Under the pieces are notes generated by a model, which saw nothing but the letters and a program-made list of their open reading frames with translations, was not told the DNA's origin and ran no database searches. A DNA stretch of 63,853 bases, filler included. It is 4 parts of 4 records of this genome, joined end to end, with 100 filler letters (N's around TTAATTAATTAA, not from the genome) between each part and the next. Parts side by side here need not be neighbours in the genome. Positions count along the whole stretch, not along the records: positions 25,245 to 48,086 come from DRR723986_6996; positions 48,187 to 55,425 come from DRR723986_7002; 2 more parts are not named here. One strand, 5' to 3'. The translations under genes and the position numbers were made by a program. Positions 40,027-49,685 of the stretch are shown here, one piece after another. The stretch's first letter is position 1; the number at the start of each line of letters is the position of its first letter.

Positions 40027-42576
40027 GTGCAGAATAATCCAGATACCACCCTCATCACGCCTGACGCTCCGGTGGCAGCAACCACTCATGGTGGTCGGGC
40101 CAAATGCCTGCAACGACTGGTGCGATTGGATCTTCCGGTGCCACGGACCGTGGCATTGTCCTTTGATGCCGTGCATCAGATCGCCGAAGGGCAATTGCCT
40201 GATCTCGAGGCAATTCTGGAACAGTTCAATCCGACGTCTTTGTTGTGCGTGCGACCCAGCTCTGAAGACCCCGATTGGGGCGGACCGGGCGCTGTTTTGA
40301 ACATCGGCATGAATGATGCCCGGTATGTGGATCTCTGCGACACGTTGGGGCCAACAGCGGCTGCGGCGCTGTATCTGCGATTTGTCCAAACCTATGCCGT
40401 GCATGTCGCGCGCTTGGACCCGGATGTCTTTGACGATGTTGTCGAAGAGGGCCCGCAGGGCCTGTCCGAAATGCTGCACGCCTATGAAACTGAAACCGAC
40501 GAAGTGTTCCCGCAAGAACCGGGCGAGCAATTGGGCGCGGTTTTACGCTCGATGGCACGCGCATGGGAAGGGACTTCTGCCCGTCTGCTGCGTCAGGCCA
40601 AAGGCGCACCCGCTGATGCGGGGCTAGGTCTGGTCGTTCAGGAAATGATCCCGGGCCTTGGGCTGGGCGAAAGCGGATCTGGTGTGTTGCAACTGGCCAA
40701 TTCGACAACGGGCCTGCCGCAGATCACGGGGCGCTACCTTAGCCAGTCACAGGGTCGCGATGCGTTGGGGGCAGGGGCGCCTTCGCTGTATCTGGAATGT
40801 GATCCGCGTGGTCCCTCGCTGGAAGAAAAGGCACCCGGTGCATTTCAGGATTTGAAAACCCACGCCGCATTGATGCGAAAGAAGCTGCGCGAAGAGATGC
40901 AGGTTGAGTTTGTGATCGAAAACGGCAGTGTGCATATTCTGGATGGCGTCCGGGTGCAGCGATCATCCCGCGCCGCCGTGCGTATTGCCGTGCGGCTGGC
41001 GCAGGACGGCATCATTCCAGAACAGGAAGCGGTGATGCGGGTGGATCCGCATACCTTGAACGAACTGTTGCACCGACAAGTCGATCCCGAAGCGGAACGC
41101 GATGTCTTGACCACCGGAATTGCCGCCAGCCCGGGGGCGGCAACGGGTAAGATTGTGTTCACGTCGGCAGAAGCACAGGCAAGCGCCGCGCGGTCTGAAC
41201 CTTGTATTTTGATCCGCCGCGAAACCTCGCCCGAGGACATTCGTGGTATGCATGCCGCTGTTGCGGTTTTGACCGAAAAAGGTGGCATGACGAGCCACGC
41301 CGCCGTGATCGGACGGGGGATGGGGCTGCCCTGCATTGTTGGGGCGTCTGGGCTGCGGTTCCAGACCAAGAAAAAGGCGCTGATGGCCCCAGATGGGCGT
41401 GTGTTCAAGACCGGTGATATCCTGACAATCGATGGCACATCGGGACAGGTTCTGGTTGGGGAACCCGCCATGCTCGAAGCGGCGTTGGATGATAGTTTTC
41501 AAACGCTTATGGGGTGGGCTGATAAAGAACGCGACATCGGCATTCGCGCAAATGCGGACACCCCGGCGGATGCGCAGACAGCCCGCAATTTCGATGCCCA
41601 GGGGATTGGTCTGTGCCGGACCGAGCATATGTTCTTTGAGCCCGGGCGCCTGACGGTGATGCGCGAGATGATTTTTGCAGAAACATCATCAGGACGTGCG
41701 GCGGCGCTGGAGCGGCTTTTGCCCATGCAACGCGACGATTTCACACAGCTTTTCCGAATTATGCAGGGCAAGCCGGTCTGCATCCGTCTGTTTGATCCGC
41801 CACTACATGAATTCCTGCCCACTACCCGTACTGGTCAACGCGAACTGGCCGAAGCGCTGGATCTGCAAGTCAGCGATGTGACGCGACGTGTCGAAGCGAT
41901 GACAGAATACAACCCAATGCTGGGTTTGCGCGGGGTCCGTTTGGGCGTCACGGTACCTGAAATCTATGACATGCAGGCGCGTGCGATTTTTGAGGCGACG
42001 CTTGAGGCCAGCAAACATGGCGCTGCTGTCGTGCCCGAGGTGATGATCCCGCTGGTCAGCGCCAAACGAGAGGTCGAGCTGGTAAAGGCCCGCATCGACA
42101 CAGTCGCGGCTGCAGTTGCCTCTGAAATGGGCACGGATTTTGATTACCGTTTGGGGGTCATGATGGAAACGCCACGCGCTTGTTTGCGGGCGGATGAGAT
42201 TTCTCCCAACACGGCGTTCCTGAGTTTTGGGACAAATGACCTGACACAGATGACCTATGGCCTGTCGCGTGATGATGCGGGCCGGTTTATGTCAGCCTAT
42301 GTGCAACAAGGCGTTTTCACCGAAGACCCGTTTCATGTTCTGGATACCGAAGGCGTGGGAGAATTGTTGAAACTGGGCGCCGAGCGTGGCCGTAAAGCCC
42401 AGCCAGATGTGACGCTTTCGATTTGCGGGGAACACGGCGGTAACCCCGAATCAATCGCTTTTTGTCGCGATGCAGGGTTCGATTATGTGTCGTGTTCGCC
42501 CTTCCGAGTCCCCGTTGCGCGTTTGGCCGCAGCCCAGTTGGCAATCGCTCACAAGTTGGGGGGAATCGGTAAATAA
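40027..42576 (+). CDS. ppdK: Pyruvate phosphate dikinase-like protein
   Basis: ETSPEDI, GGMTSHAAV, GLCRTEHMF, SFGTNDLTQ, ICGEHGG; N-terminal domain divergent. Confidence 0.88.
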   Translation: MQNNPDTTLITPDAPVAATTHGGRAKCLQRLVRLDLPVPRTVALSFDAVHQIAEGQLPDLEAILEQFNPTSLLCVRPSSEDPDWGGPGAVLNIGMNDARYVDLCDTLGPTAAAALYLRFVQTYAVHVARLDPDVFDDVVEEGPQGLSEMLHAYETETDEVFPQEPGEQLGAVLRSMARAWEGTSARLLRQAKGAPADAGLGLVVQEMIPGLGLGESGSGVLQLANSTTGLPQITGRYLSQSQGRDALGAGAPSLYLECDPRGPSLEEKAPGAFQDLKTHAALMRKKLREEMQVEFVIENGSVHILDGVRVQRSSRAAVRIAVRLAQDGIIPEQEAVMRVDPHTLNELLHRQVDPEAERDVLTTGIAASPGAATGKIVFTSAEAQASAARSEPCILIRRETSPEDIRGMHAAVAVLTEKGGMTSHAAVIGRGMGLPCIVGASGLRFQTKKKALMAPDGRVFKTGDILTIDGTSGQVLVGEPAMLEAALDDSFQTLMGWADKERDIGIRANADTPADAQTARNFDAQGIGLCRTEHMFFEPGRLTVMREMIFAETSSGRAAALERLLPMQRDDFTQLFRIMQGKPVCIRLFDPPLHEFLPTTRTGQRELAEALDLQVSDVTRRVEAMTEYNPMLGLRGVRLGVTVPEIYDMQARAIFEATLEASKHGAAVVPEVMIPLVSAKREVELVKARIDTVAAAVASEMGTDFDYRLGVMMETPRACLRADEISPNTAFLSFGTNDLTQMTYGLSRDDAGRFMSAYVQQGVFTEDPFHVLDTEGVGELLKLGAERGRKAQPDVTLSICGEHGGNPESIAFCRDAGFDYVSCSPFRVPVARLAAAQLAIAHKLGGIGK

Positions 42577-42750
42577 CCGCAATATATGGTAGTTTTTTGA
42601 CTTCTTTTGTCTTTTAATAGGGATGAGATTATTTCAACTACTTCCTTGCATTTTCGACAAAACTGGACCTTCGCGGCGCTCTGATGTATGGCGCTGCGAG
42701 CGTTGGCTAAGTTTGGCCACTGCGGAACGAGTATTGTGGGATATATTGCG

Positions 42751-43407
42751 ATGAAATGGTTGCTTAAGATTGCTGTCCTTTCGACGGCTATGTTGGTGCC
42801 TCAGGTTTCTGTTGCGGACAAAGGTCTAGTAACTCTGTTGGAGAACGAACAATCTTCCTTGAACACGTTGCCCGGTGCACGGTTTCGCGAATACCTGAAA
42901 GCCATCCGTCCCAAAGCGCCTGCAGCCAATACGGTGCAAAAGCCCGTTGAGGTGACTTATACCCGAGCATGGATTGACCAACGTGCAGCCGCTGATGGCG
43001 ATGCGGATTGGCAATGTCTCTCCGAAGCTTTGTATTTTGAAGCCCGCGGTGAAACCGTAAAGGGGCAATTCGCCGTTGCCGAAGTCATCATGAATCGTGT
43101 CAAAAGCAGCCGGTTTCCCGATTCCGTATGCGGGGTGATACGTCAGGGGACGGGGCGTAAATATCAATGCCAGTTCACCTATACCTGTGATGGCCGCAAA
43201 GAAGTGATCGCTGAAAAGCGCGCGTTCGAGCGGGTCTCAAAGGTTGCCCGCGCCACCATGGATGGGGTGACGCAATCCCTGACAAGCGGTGCCACGCATT
43301 ACCACACCACGGCCGTGCGCCCGAATTGGTCCAAAGTGTACAAACGTACAGCCAAAATCGGGGTTCACTTGTTTTACCGCCACAACTATCGCACTGCGAG
43401 CAACTGA
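42751..43407 (+). CDS. SleB-like cell wall hydrolase
   Basis: CLSEALYFEARGE, CQFTYTCDG, GATHYH. Confidence 0.92.
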   Translation: MKWLLKIAVLSTAMLVPQVSVADKGLVTLLENEQSSLNTLPGARFREYLKAIRPKAPAANTVQKPVEVTYTRAWIDQRAAADGDADWQCLSEALYFEARGETVKGQFAVAEVIMNRVKSSRFPDSVCGVIRQGTGRKYQCQFTYTCDGRKEVIAEKRAFERVSKVARATMDGVTQSLTSGATHYHTTAVRPNWSKVYKRTAKIGVHLFYRHNYRTASN

Positions 43408-43562
43408 GCGGGCCACGCGCGCAGGGATGACCCGTCAGATCTGCGCGGGGATATCGGAAGAACGACGCATTCGACCACTGGTGTGGCGTTTGTGAGGCTG
43501 CTATAGGCCCGCGCACTGCGTAATTTGCGCACATTGTTTCCCGAGCCCCGGAGGGCACCACC

Positions 43563-44480
43563 ATGAGCTCTGAGATCCGTCTCGCTTTTGCGCATCCATC
43601 CGAACGATCCGAGGCCACCGCTCCGCGTGGGCCTCTGGACCGGATTTCTCTACGCGACTATATCGTCGAGGTTGAAATCGGTGCGTTTCAGGCCGAACGT
43701 GGAACCACCCAGCGGATCTGTTTCAATGTCGTGGTCGAGGTCACACCGCTGACTGGGCCCATTGATGATGATGTGGATCGGATCCTGTCTTATGATCGCG
43801 TCACCGAAGCCATCGCGCATGAGCTGTCCGAAGAACGGCTGAACCTGCTGGAAACTTTGGCAGAACGTGTGGCCGAGCGGATTTTGCTAGAACCTCAGGC
43901 CGTAAGAGCCTTTGTTCGCATCGAAAAACTGGATCGTGGTTCTGGTGCGTTGGGCGTGGAAATCGTGCGTTCAGGCGAAGTTGCCCATGAGATTACCGAA
44001 GATGATGGCCCGCATCCGCGTCTCGTTTATTTGTCAAACGATGCCATCGCGCATGACAATCTGGGGAGCTGGATTGATCAACTGCAAGCGCGGGAACGCC
44101 CGTTGATCTTGTGTGTCGGGGCAGCAGATTTGGCGGCGCCTCAGACAGGTCACACAATGACCCAACGCCGGATTGACCTTTTGGCGATTGAGCAAAACGC
44201 TTGGAAACTGGCATCGCGCGATCACCGCTGTGTTGTCGTTGCGACGCGGACTGAATTGGACTGGGCGATGAAGAACGGCCAGATTTGCGTTTGGGCCCCA
44301 TCCAAAATCGTTTTGGATGCGGTTGATGGCCCGTCCGCGGCCCCGTCGGATTCTGTGCCGCTGGCGGCGTGGTTTGCAGCCACTTTTGAAGCAGACGAGA
44401 TGTTGGTGATTGATGCAGAGCTGCCTGAAAACCCAGGCGTTCCCCTGCGTCGTGTTTCATTGGATCAGGCGCAGCTGTGA
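43563..44480 (+). CDS. folB: Dihydroneopterin aldolase with C-terminal extension
   Basis: IGAFQAE, LSYD, LLETLAE; adjacent to folP. Confidence 0.8.
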   Translation: MSSEIRLAFAHPSERSEATAPRGPLDRISLRDYIVEVEIGAFQAERGTTQRICFNVVVEVTPLTGPIDDDVDRILSYDRVTEAIAHELSEERLNLLETLAERVAERILLEPQAVRAFVRIEKLDRGSGALGVEIVRSGEVAHEITEDDGPHPRLVYLSNDAIAHDNLGSWIDQLQARERPLILCVGAADLAAPQTGHTMTQRRIDLLAIEQNAWKLASRDHRCVVVATRTELDWAMKNGQICVWAPSKIVLDAVDGPSAAPSDSVPLAAWFAATFEADEMLVIDAELPENPGVPLRRVSLDQAQL

Positions 44481-45475
44481 CCGCGTACTACCGTCCGCTG
44501 GTGCAGCAGGGGGCTGCACGACCGGATTCTGCCGTGCCGCTGGCCGGGACCCAGCTTTGGTTTTCTAATGTTGAGGTGTTGTCGCGCGACACACCAGCCT
44601 GCGTGATATCTGTTCGTGACGTTCCCGCTGATTGGCTGACGCGCCTTTGCTCGGCGCGTCGTCCCCTTGCGGGACTAGATTTATCGCAGCCTCAAATTAT
44701 GGGGATCTTAAACACGACCCCCGACAGCTTTTCAGATGGTGGTCGACACAACAGCGTTGAGACGGCGCAAGCTGCTGCCGCTGACATGGCACGGGCCGGC
44801 GCGAGTATTCTGGATATCGGCGGGGAATCGACCCGCCCTGGCGCAGCTTTTGTGCCTGCTGAGGAAGAGATCGCACGCACTGCTCCGATTATCGAAGCCA
44901 TTCGCGCCCATTCTGAAGTTGTGATTTCTGTTGATACGCGCAAAGCGACTGTTGCGCAGGCTGCACTGCAAGCTGGGGCATCGTTGGTGAACGATGTGTC
45001 CGGGTTCACCTTTGATGCAGAGCTGGCACCAACCTGTGCGGCGGCGCATGTGCCTGTGTGTGTGATGCACGCGCAGGGGGATCCGGCTACGATGCAGGAC
45101 GAACCTGCGTATGAGAATGTCCTGCTTGATGTGTACGATTTTCTGGAGCAGCAAATTCAGATGCTGGAATTCCATGGGGTGTCACGCTCTGACATTCTGG
45201 TTGATCCGGGTATCGGGTTTGGAAAGTCGCTGACCCACAATTTGACCTTGCTGCAAAACCTAAGCCTGTTTCACGGCCTAGGGGCCCCGATCTTGCTGGG
45301 TGTGTCGCGCAAGGGGTTCATTGGAAAGCTTGGGCAAGAACCGCGTGCGGATCACCGCGCGCCGGGGTCTATTGCCGTTGGGCTTGCCGGGCTAAGCCAG
45401 GGCGTGCAGGTTCTGCGGGTTCATGATGTGGCAGAGACGATGCAGGCCGTGCGTCTATGGCAGGCGGTGCGTTGA
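44477..45475 (+). CDS. folP: Dihydropteroate synthase
   Basis: MGILNTTPDSFSDGG, DIGGESTRPG, DPGIGFGK, SRK, RVHDV. Confidence 0.97.
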   Translation: MTAYYRPLVQQGAARPDSAVPLAGTQLWFSNVEVLSRDTPACVISVRDVPADWLTRLCSARRPLAGLDLSQPQIMGILNTTPDSFSDGGRHNSVETAQAAAADMARAGASILDIGGESTRPGAAFVPAEEEIARTAPIIEAIRAHSEVVISVDTRKATVAQAALQAGASLVNDVSGFTFDAELAPTCAAAHVPVCVMHAQGDPATMQDEPAYENVLLDVYDFLEQQIQMLEFHGVSRSDILVDPGIGFGKSLTHNLTLLQNLSLFHGLGAPILLGVSRKGFIGKLGQEPRADHRAPGSIAVGLAGLSQGVQVLRVHDVAETMQAVRLWQAVR

Positions 45476-45481
45476 CCAGAT

Positions 45482-46408
45482 CTATGTGTTCGACCGGGTA
45501 AAGAGCCGCTTGAACGCGCCATATTGGCTAAGGGCCACCCCAAGCAAAATCAGGATCAGCGCCCAAAGCAGGGACGGGGGCAAAGGTTCGTTCAGAACCA
45601 ACCACCCAAAGAAAACCGACCAGAGCGGCACCTGATAGTTGGTCAAGCTCATGAATGTTGGGCCAGCACTGCGCACCACCATCACCCGCAGCAAAAAGGC
45701 ACCTGCTGTGGGCACCAGCCCGAGTAGGGCAAGTGCTAGGAATGTACGCGAATCCACGGCGGGGGGCGGGCCTTCGACCAGCAAGGCGCACACCAACGCG
45801 ATGGGGGTTCCAATCGCCAGAGTGATCGCGGTCAACCCGGTCGAGTCCACTGCAGGGAGCTTGCGTAGCAACACGCTTGACACGGCATAACACCCTGCGG
45901 CTCCCAGAACCGCCAAACGCCCATAGGTTTCATTCGCCGAGGCCGAGCTTTCAAAGGCTTGCCCGCCGATCAGAATGACGACCCCGGCAAACCCGATGAC
46001 AAAGCCCGCAACCTTGCGCCAGCTGAGCTGTTCGCCGGGCACCAAGAAATGGGCCAACGGAAGAACCATCAGAGCAACAGACGCCATGGACACGCCTGTG
46101 AAGCCGCTGGTGACGAACTGCTGCCCCCAACTGATCAACAAAAACGGCAGGGCAGTGCTCAGCACGCCGATAACAAGTGTCAGACCTACGGTGGCGGGCG
46201 TGGGGCGTTCGGCAAACAGAGACCCACCACGTATTTGCCAGATCAACCCAACCAAGGCGGTCGCAAAGACAACGCGGGCTGTCGCCAACCAAAAGGGCGT
46301 GATCCCTTCTAGGGCGATTTCAATGACCAGAAACGTCGCCCCCCAGATCACGCCAAGGGCAACGACCATAATCCAATCTCGGCGGGAAATGTCGGGGATT
46401 TGTGTCAT
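45482..46408 (-). CDS. DMT/EamA family transporter
   Basis: IWGATF, LPFLLISWGQ, duplicated EamA pattern. Confidence 0.9.
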   Translation of the reverse strand: MTQIPDISRRDWIMVVALGVIWGATFLVIEIALEGITPFWLATARVVFATALVGLIWQIRGGSLFAERPTPATVGLTLVIGVLSTALPFLLISWGQQFVTSGFTGVSMASVALMVLPLAHFLVPGEQLSWRKVAGFVIGFAGVVILIGGQAFESSASANETYGRLAVLGAAGCYAVSSVLLRKLPAVDSTGLTAITLAIGTPIALVCALLVEGPPPAVDSRTFLALALLGLVPTAGAFLLRVMVVRSAGPTFMSLTNYQVPLWSVFFGWLVLNEPLPPSLLWALILILLGVALSQYGAFKRLFTRSNT

Positions 46409-46415
46409 GGCGCGA

Positions 46416-46444
46416 CTTGACCCCGGACCAAAGCCGGGGTCAAG
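46416..46444. repeat. 11-bp inverted repeat just upstream of the DMT start
   Basis: CTTGACCCCGG-ACCAAAG-CCGGGGTCAAG. Confidence 0.7.
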
Positions 46445-46476
46445 CGCGGAAACCCATCTTACGAAAAACCCCCGCG

Positions 46477-47628
46477 TTAGGCGCAGGCGTCGCGGACCAT
46501 TTTCTGGAACTCGGCCAACATGACCTCTCCGCCCAATCCTTCGGCCAAAGCAGCCACAGAATAATCCGGGGATCGCAGCGAACGCTGCATCTTTTCGCAG
46601 ACCCAAACATCTTCGGTTTGGAAATCCCCTGTTTCAAGGGCAGGCTGGGTCCAGTTCTTGGATTCGATCAAACCGGTTTCCGGGTCGTACCCCGGTGTCC
46701 CTTTCAGCGGCTCTTTGTAGTTCCACCAGCTTTTGGGGGTCCAGGTGCGCGACCGCATGATCATAGTGTCGCCATCAATCGGTTCGATTGTTGAGACTGT
46801 CAGGGACCAAGGTGACGGCACAACCAGCGTGGTGGGGAACATCATGTAAACCCCCCCATACCCCGGATCTTTGGCCCCCTCAAAGGTGGGCATACCGCTG
46901 CCTTTGGCCTGCTTTTCAACAAACATCGGGATGCGGTTTTTGATGCCGTCGCGTTCGGTGGAATACCACACCATATGTTCGCCGTGCTGATCCCAGACAT
47001 TCAATCCGGGCTTAGGTCCGCCCAGCGTGTTTTCATGCAGATAGGCCAGATGGTAGCCATCAATGGCGTTCTCAAAAAAGACTTTCCAGTTGCACTTGAT
47101 CCGATAGACGAACTCTTCGCTGCACTCCAGTTTCCCTGCAGTGATGTCATGCGGAAAGGGCGCTGCATCAAGCGGTGTGATCCAGTCCTCAAAACTGGCG
47201 CTAGGGTTTGGGTTGGCAAACACCATGCCTTTCCAACGACCGATGGACGCGTCGTGCAGGTTCAGAGATTTCCGATCCAGATCAGGGAAACATTCTGACT
47301 TGTCCGGTATGCCACGCAGGCGCCCATCCAGACCAAAGGTCCAGCGGTGATAGGGACAAACCAGCGTTTTACCAGCGTTCCCTTTCCCTTCGAGCAGCTC
47401 TGTTCCCCGGTGGCGACAAATGTTTTTGAAAGCGTTGAGATTGCCATCAGCATCCTGAACAACCGCAATGGGCTGAACGCCAATGCGTGCTGTGACGTAA
47501 TCCCCAGCCTGACCAAAGTCACTTTCAAACGCCACAAGTTGCCACGTGTTGGAGAACAAGGTTTCCTGTTCACGCTGGAACCATTTGTCTGAATAATAGG
47601 CCTCTTTGGGCAAAATTTGCGCGGGCAT
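46477..47628 (-). CDS. Rieske non-heme iron oxygenase alpha subunit
   Basis: CRHRG...CPYHRW Rieske motif, NWKVFFENAIDGYHLAYLH. Confidence 0.92.
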   Translation of the reverse strand: MPAQILPKEAYYSDKWFQREQETLFSNTWQLVAFESDFGQAGDYVTARIGVQPIAVVQDADGNLNAFKNICRHRGTELLEGKGNAGKTLVCPYHRWTFGLDGRLRGIPDKSECFPDLDRKSLNLHDASIGRWKGMVFANPNPSASFEDWITPLDAAPFPHDITAGKLECSEEFVYRIKCNWKVFFENAIDGYHLAYLHENTLGGPKPGLNVWDQHGEHMVWYSTERDGIKNRIPMFVEKQAKGSGMPTFEGAKDPGYGGVYMMFPTTLVVPSPWSLTVSTIEPIDGDTMIMRSRTWTPKSWWNYKEPLKGTPGYDPETGLIESKNWTQPALETGDFQTEDVWVCEKMQRSLRSPDYSVAALAEGLGGEVMLAEFQKMVRDACA

Positions 47629-47720
47629 GGGTATCCTTTCCTAGCTTAGCCTACAGTTAGCGATCAATTTTGACAAATTAAAGGGGCGGCTAGAAAATTA
47701 TGATAGCAAAGGGATGGCAC

Positions 47721-47749
47721 AAAAAAAGCCCCCGGTCGAAACCGAGGGC
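47721..47749 (-). terminator. Intrinsic terminator of ilvC
   Basis: GCCCTCGGT-TTCG-ACCGGGGGC followed by T7 on the minus strand. Confidence 0.85.
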
Positions 47750-47774
47750 CATAAGCTGTCAAACTGTGACGGGC

Positions 47775-48086
47775 TTAGTTCTTTTCTTTGTCGACCATTT
47801 TACCAGCCGAGATCCAAGGCATCATGCCGCGCAGTTTTGCGCCGGTTGCTTCGATCTGGTGTTCGTCGTTGTGACGACGCGCGGCTTTGATGGTGGGCTG
47901 GCCAACGGCGTTTTCCAACATAAAGTCACGAACGAACTTACCGTCTTGGATGTCGGTCAGAACGTCTTTCATACGTGCTTTGGTTTCGTCGTAGTTCAGG
48001 ATACGCGGGCCGGTGACGTACTGGCCGTATTCTGCTGTGTTCGAGATCGAGTAGTCCATGTTGGCGATGCCGCCTTCATAGATCAG
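47775..48086 (-). CDS. ilvC: Ketol-acid reductoisomerase, C-terminal part
   Basis: [21 protein letters not shown]...LRGMMPWI. Confidence 0.95.
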   Translation of the reverse strand: MIYEGGIANMDYSISNTAEYGQYVTGPRILNYDETKARMKDVLTDIQDGKFVRDFMLENAVGQPTIKAARRHNDEHQIEATGAKLRGMMPWISAGKMVDKEKN

Positions 48087-48186
48087 NNNNNNNNNNNNNN
48101 NNNNNNNNNNNNNNNNNNNNNNNNNNNNNNTTAATTAATTAANNNNNNNNNNNNNNNNNNNNNNNNNNNNNNNNNNNNNNNNNNNN
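48087..48186. other. Artificial contig linker
   Basis: N44-TTAATTAATTAA-N44. Confidence 0.99.
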
Positions 48187-48187
48187 G

Positions 48188-48778
48188 ACCGTCGGCATGC
48201 CCAAGGCGATCACCGCTGGCACCGGGCTTGATGCCTTCGCCCATTGCGTCGAGGCCTATAGCAGCCCGCATTACCACCCGATGAGCCAGGGGATTGCGCT
48301 GGAAGGGATGCGGCTGGTGATCGATTATCTGCCCCGCGCCTATGCCATTGGCACCGATCTGGAGGCCCGCGCCCAGATGATGAGCGCCGCCGCCATGGGG
48401 GCGACCGCCTTCCAGAAGGGACTGGGGGCGATCCATGCGCTGAGCCACCCGATCGGCGCGGTCTATGGAACCCATCACGGCACCACCAATGCCGTTTGCA
48501 TGCCCGCCGTGCTGCGCCTGAATGCCCCCGCCATTGAACAGCGCTTCGACCGAGCCGCCGCCTATCTGGGCATAAAGGGCGGCTTTGCCGGGTTCCAGAC
48601 CTTCGTGCAGGACTTCAATGACAGCCTTGGCATTCCACGCACCCTGTCCGAGATGGGCGTCGGCCGCGACCGCATTGACGAGCTGACGGCGATGGCGCTG
48701 CAAGATCCGTCTTGTGGCGGCAACCCGGTGGCGCTGACCTCGGATAACGTGAAGGCGCTGTTCGACGAGATCATCTGA
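48188..48778 (+). CDS. Iron-containing alcohol dehydrogenase, C-terminal part
   Basis: GLDAFAHCVE, GAIHALSH, HHG. Confidence 0.92.
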   Translation, partial: TVGMPKAITAGTGLDAFAHCVEAYSSPHYHPMSQGIALEGMRLVIDYLPRAYAIGTDLEARAQMMSAAAMGATAFQKGLGAIHALSHPIGAVYGTHHGTTNAVCMPAVLRLNAPAIEQRFDRAAAYLGIKGGFAGFQTFVQDFNDSLGIPRTLSEMGVGRDRIDELTAMALQDPSCGGNPVALTSDNVKALFDEII

Positions 48779-48857
48779 GGCCGGGATTTCCCGTTTGATC
48801 CGCCCCCGGTGCAAGGCTAGGCTTTGCGCCGGGGCACGGAACGAAGGACAGCACAAG

Positions 48858-49685
48858 ATGACCAGCACAGAGCCAATCACCGGCATCGACTGGCAGGACG
48901 CCTTTGCCAATGCCGACTACATCCCCGGTGGTGACGGCTTTCCCGCGATCTGGGACCAGCGAGCGCAGGCGTTTCGCGCGCACTGGCCGCATGTGGAACC
49001 TGACGTCGCCTATGGTGATGCCCCCCGCGAACGGCTGGATCTGTTCCGGCCCGAGGGGCTGACCAGGGGCCTCGTTGTCTTCGTGCATGGCGGCTATTGG
49101 ATGCGGATGCAAAAGGGGTTGTGGTCGGATCTGGCTGCCGGGCCACTGGCACATGGGTGGGCGGTGGCAATGCCGAGCTATACGCTGGCCCCCGATGCGC
49201 GGATTTCGCAGATCACCGGCCAGATTGGCGCCGCCATCACCCGCGCGGCTGGCCTTGTTGACGGCCCGATCCGGCTGGTGGGGCATTCCGCCGGCGGTCA
49301 TCTGGTCACCCGGATGATCTGCGAGGGCGGCCCGCTGGCAGTTCCGGTCGCGGGCAGGATCGAGCGGGTCATTTCCATCAGCGGCGTTCACGACCTGCGG
49401 CCCCTGCGGCTGAACGCCATGAACGACACCTTGCAGATCGACGGGGCCGAGGCCGAGGTCGAAAGCCCGGTTCTGCTTGACCCCTTGCCCGGCAAATCCG
49501 TCACCTGCTGGACCGGCGCGTTGGAGCGGCCAGAATTCCTGCGACAGTCGCAGATTCTGGTGGAGGCGTGGCAAGGCAAGACCGACATAACCCCGGCGGC
49601 CTATGATCCCGGCAGGCATCATTTCGATGTGCTTGACGGGCTGAAAGACCCAGACCACCCTTTGACCGAAGCGTTGCTTGGCTAA
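48858..49685 (+). CDS. Alpha/beta hydrolase (arylformamidase-like)
   Basis: HGGYW, GHSAGG, HHF. Confidence 0.9.
   Translation: MTSTEPITGIDWQDAFANADYIPGGDGFPAIWDQRAQAFRAHWPHVEPDVAYGDAPRERLDLFRPEGLTRGLVVFVHGGYWMRMQKGLWSDLAAGPLAHGWAVAMPSYTLAPDARISQITGQIGAAITRAAGLVDGPIRLVGHSAGGHLVTRMICEGGPLAVPVAGRIERVISISGVHDLRPLRLNAMNDTLQIDGAEAEVESPVLLDPLPGKSVTCWTGALERPEFLRQSQILVEAWQGKTDITPAAYDPGRHHFDVLDGLKDPDHPLTEALLG

Noticed and set aside
42577-42592. NrdR-box-like CAATATATGG after ppdK
   Set aside because: Single loose match with no ribonucleotide reductase gene nearby
43563-44480. FolB C-terminal extension as a novel fusion
   Set aside because: No recognisable second catalytic motif; as far as I recall long FolB is usual in this family
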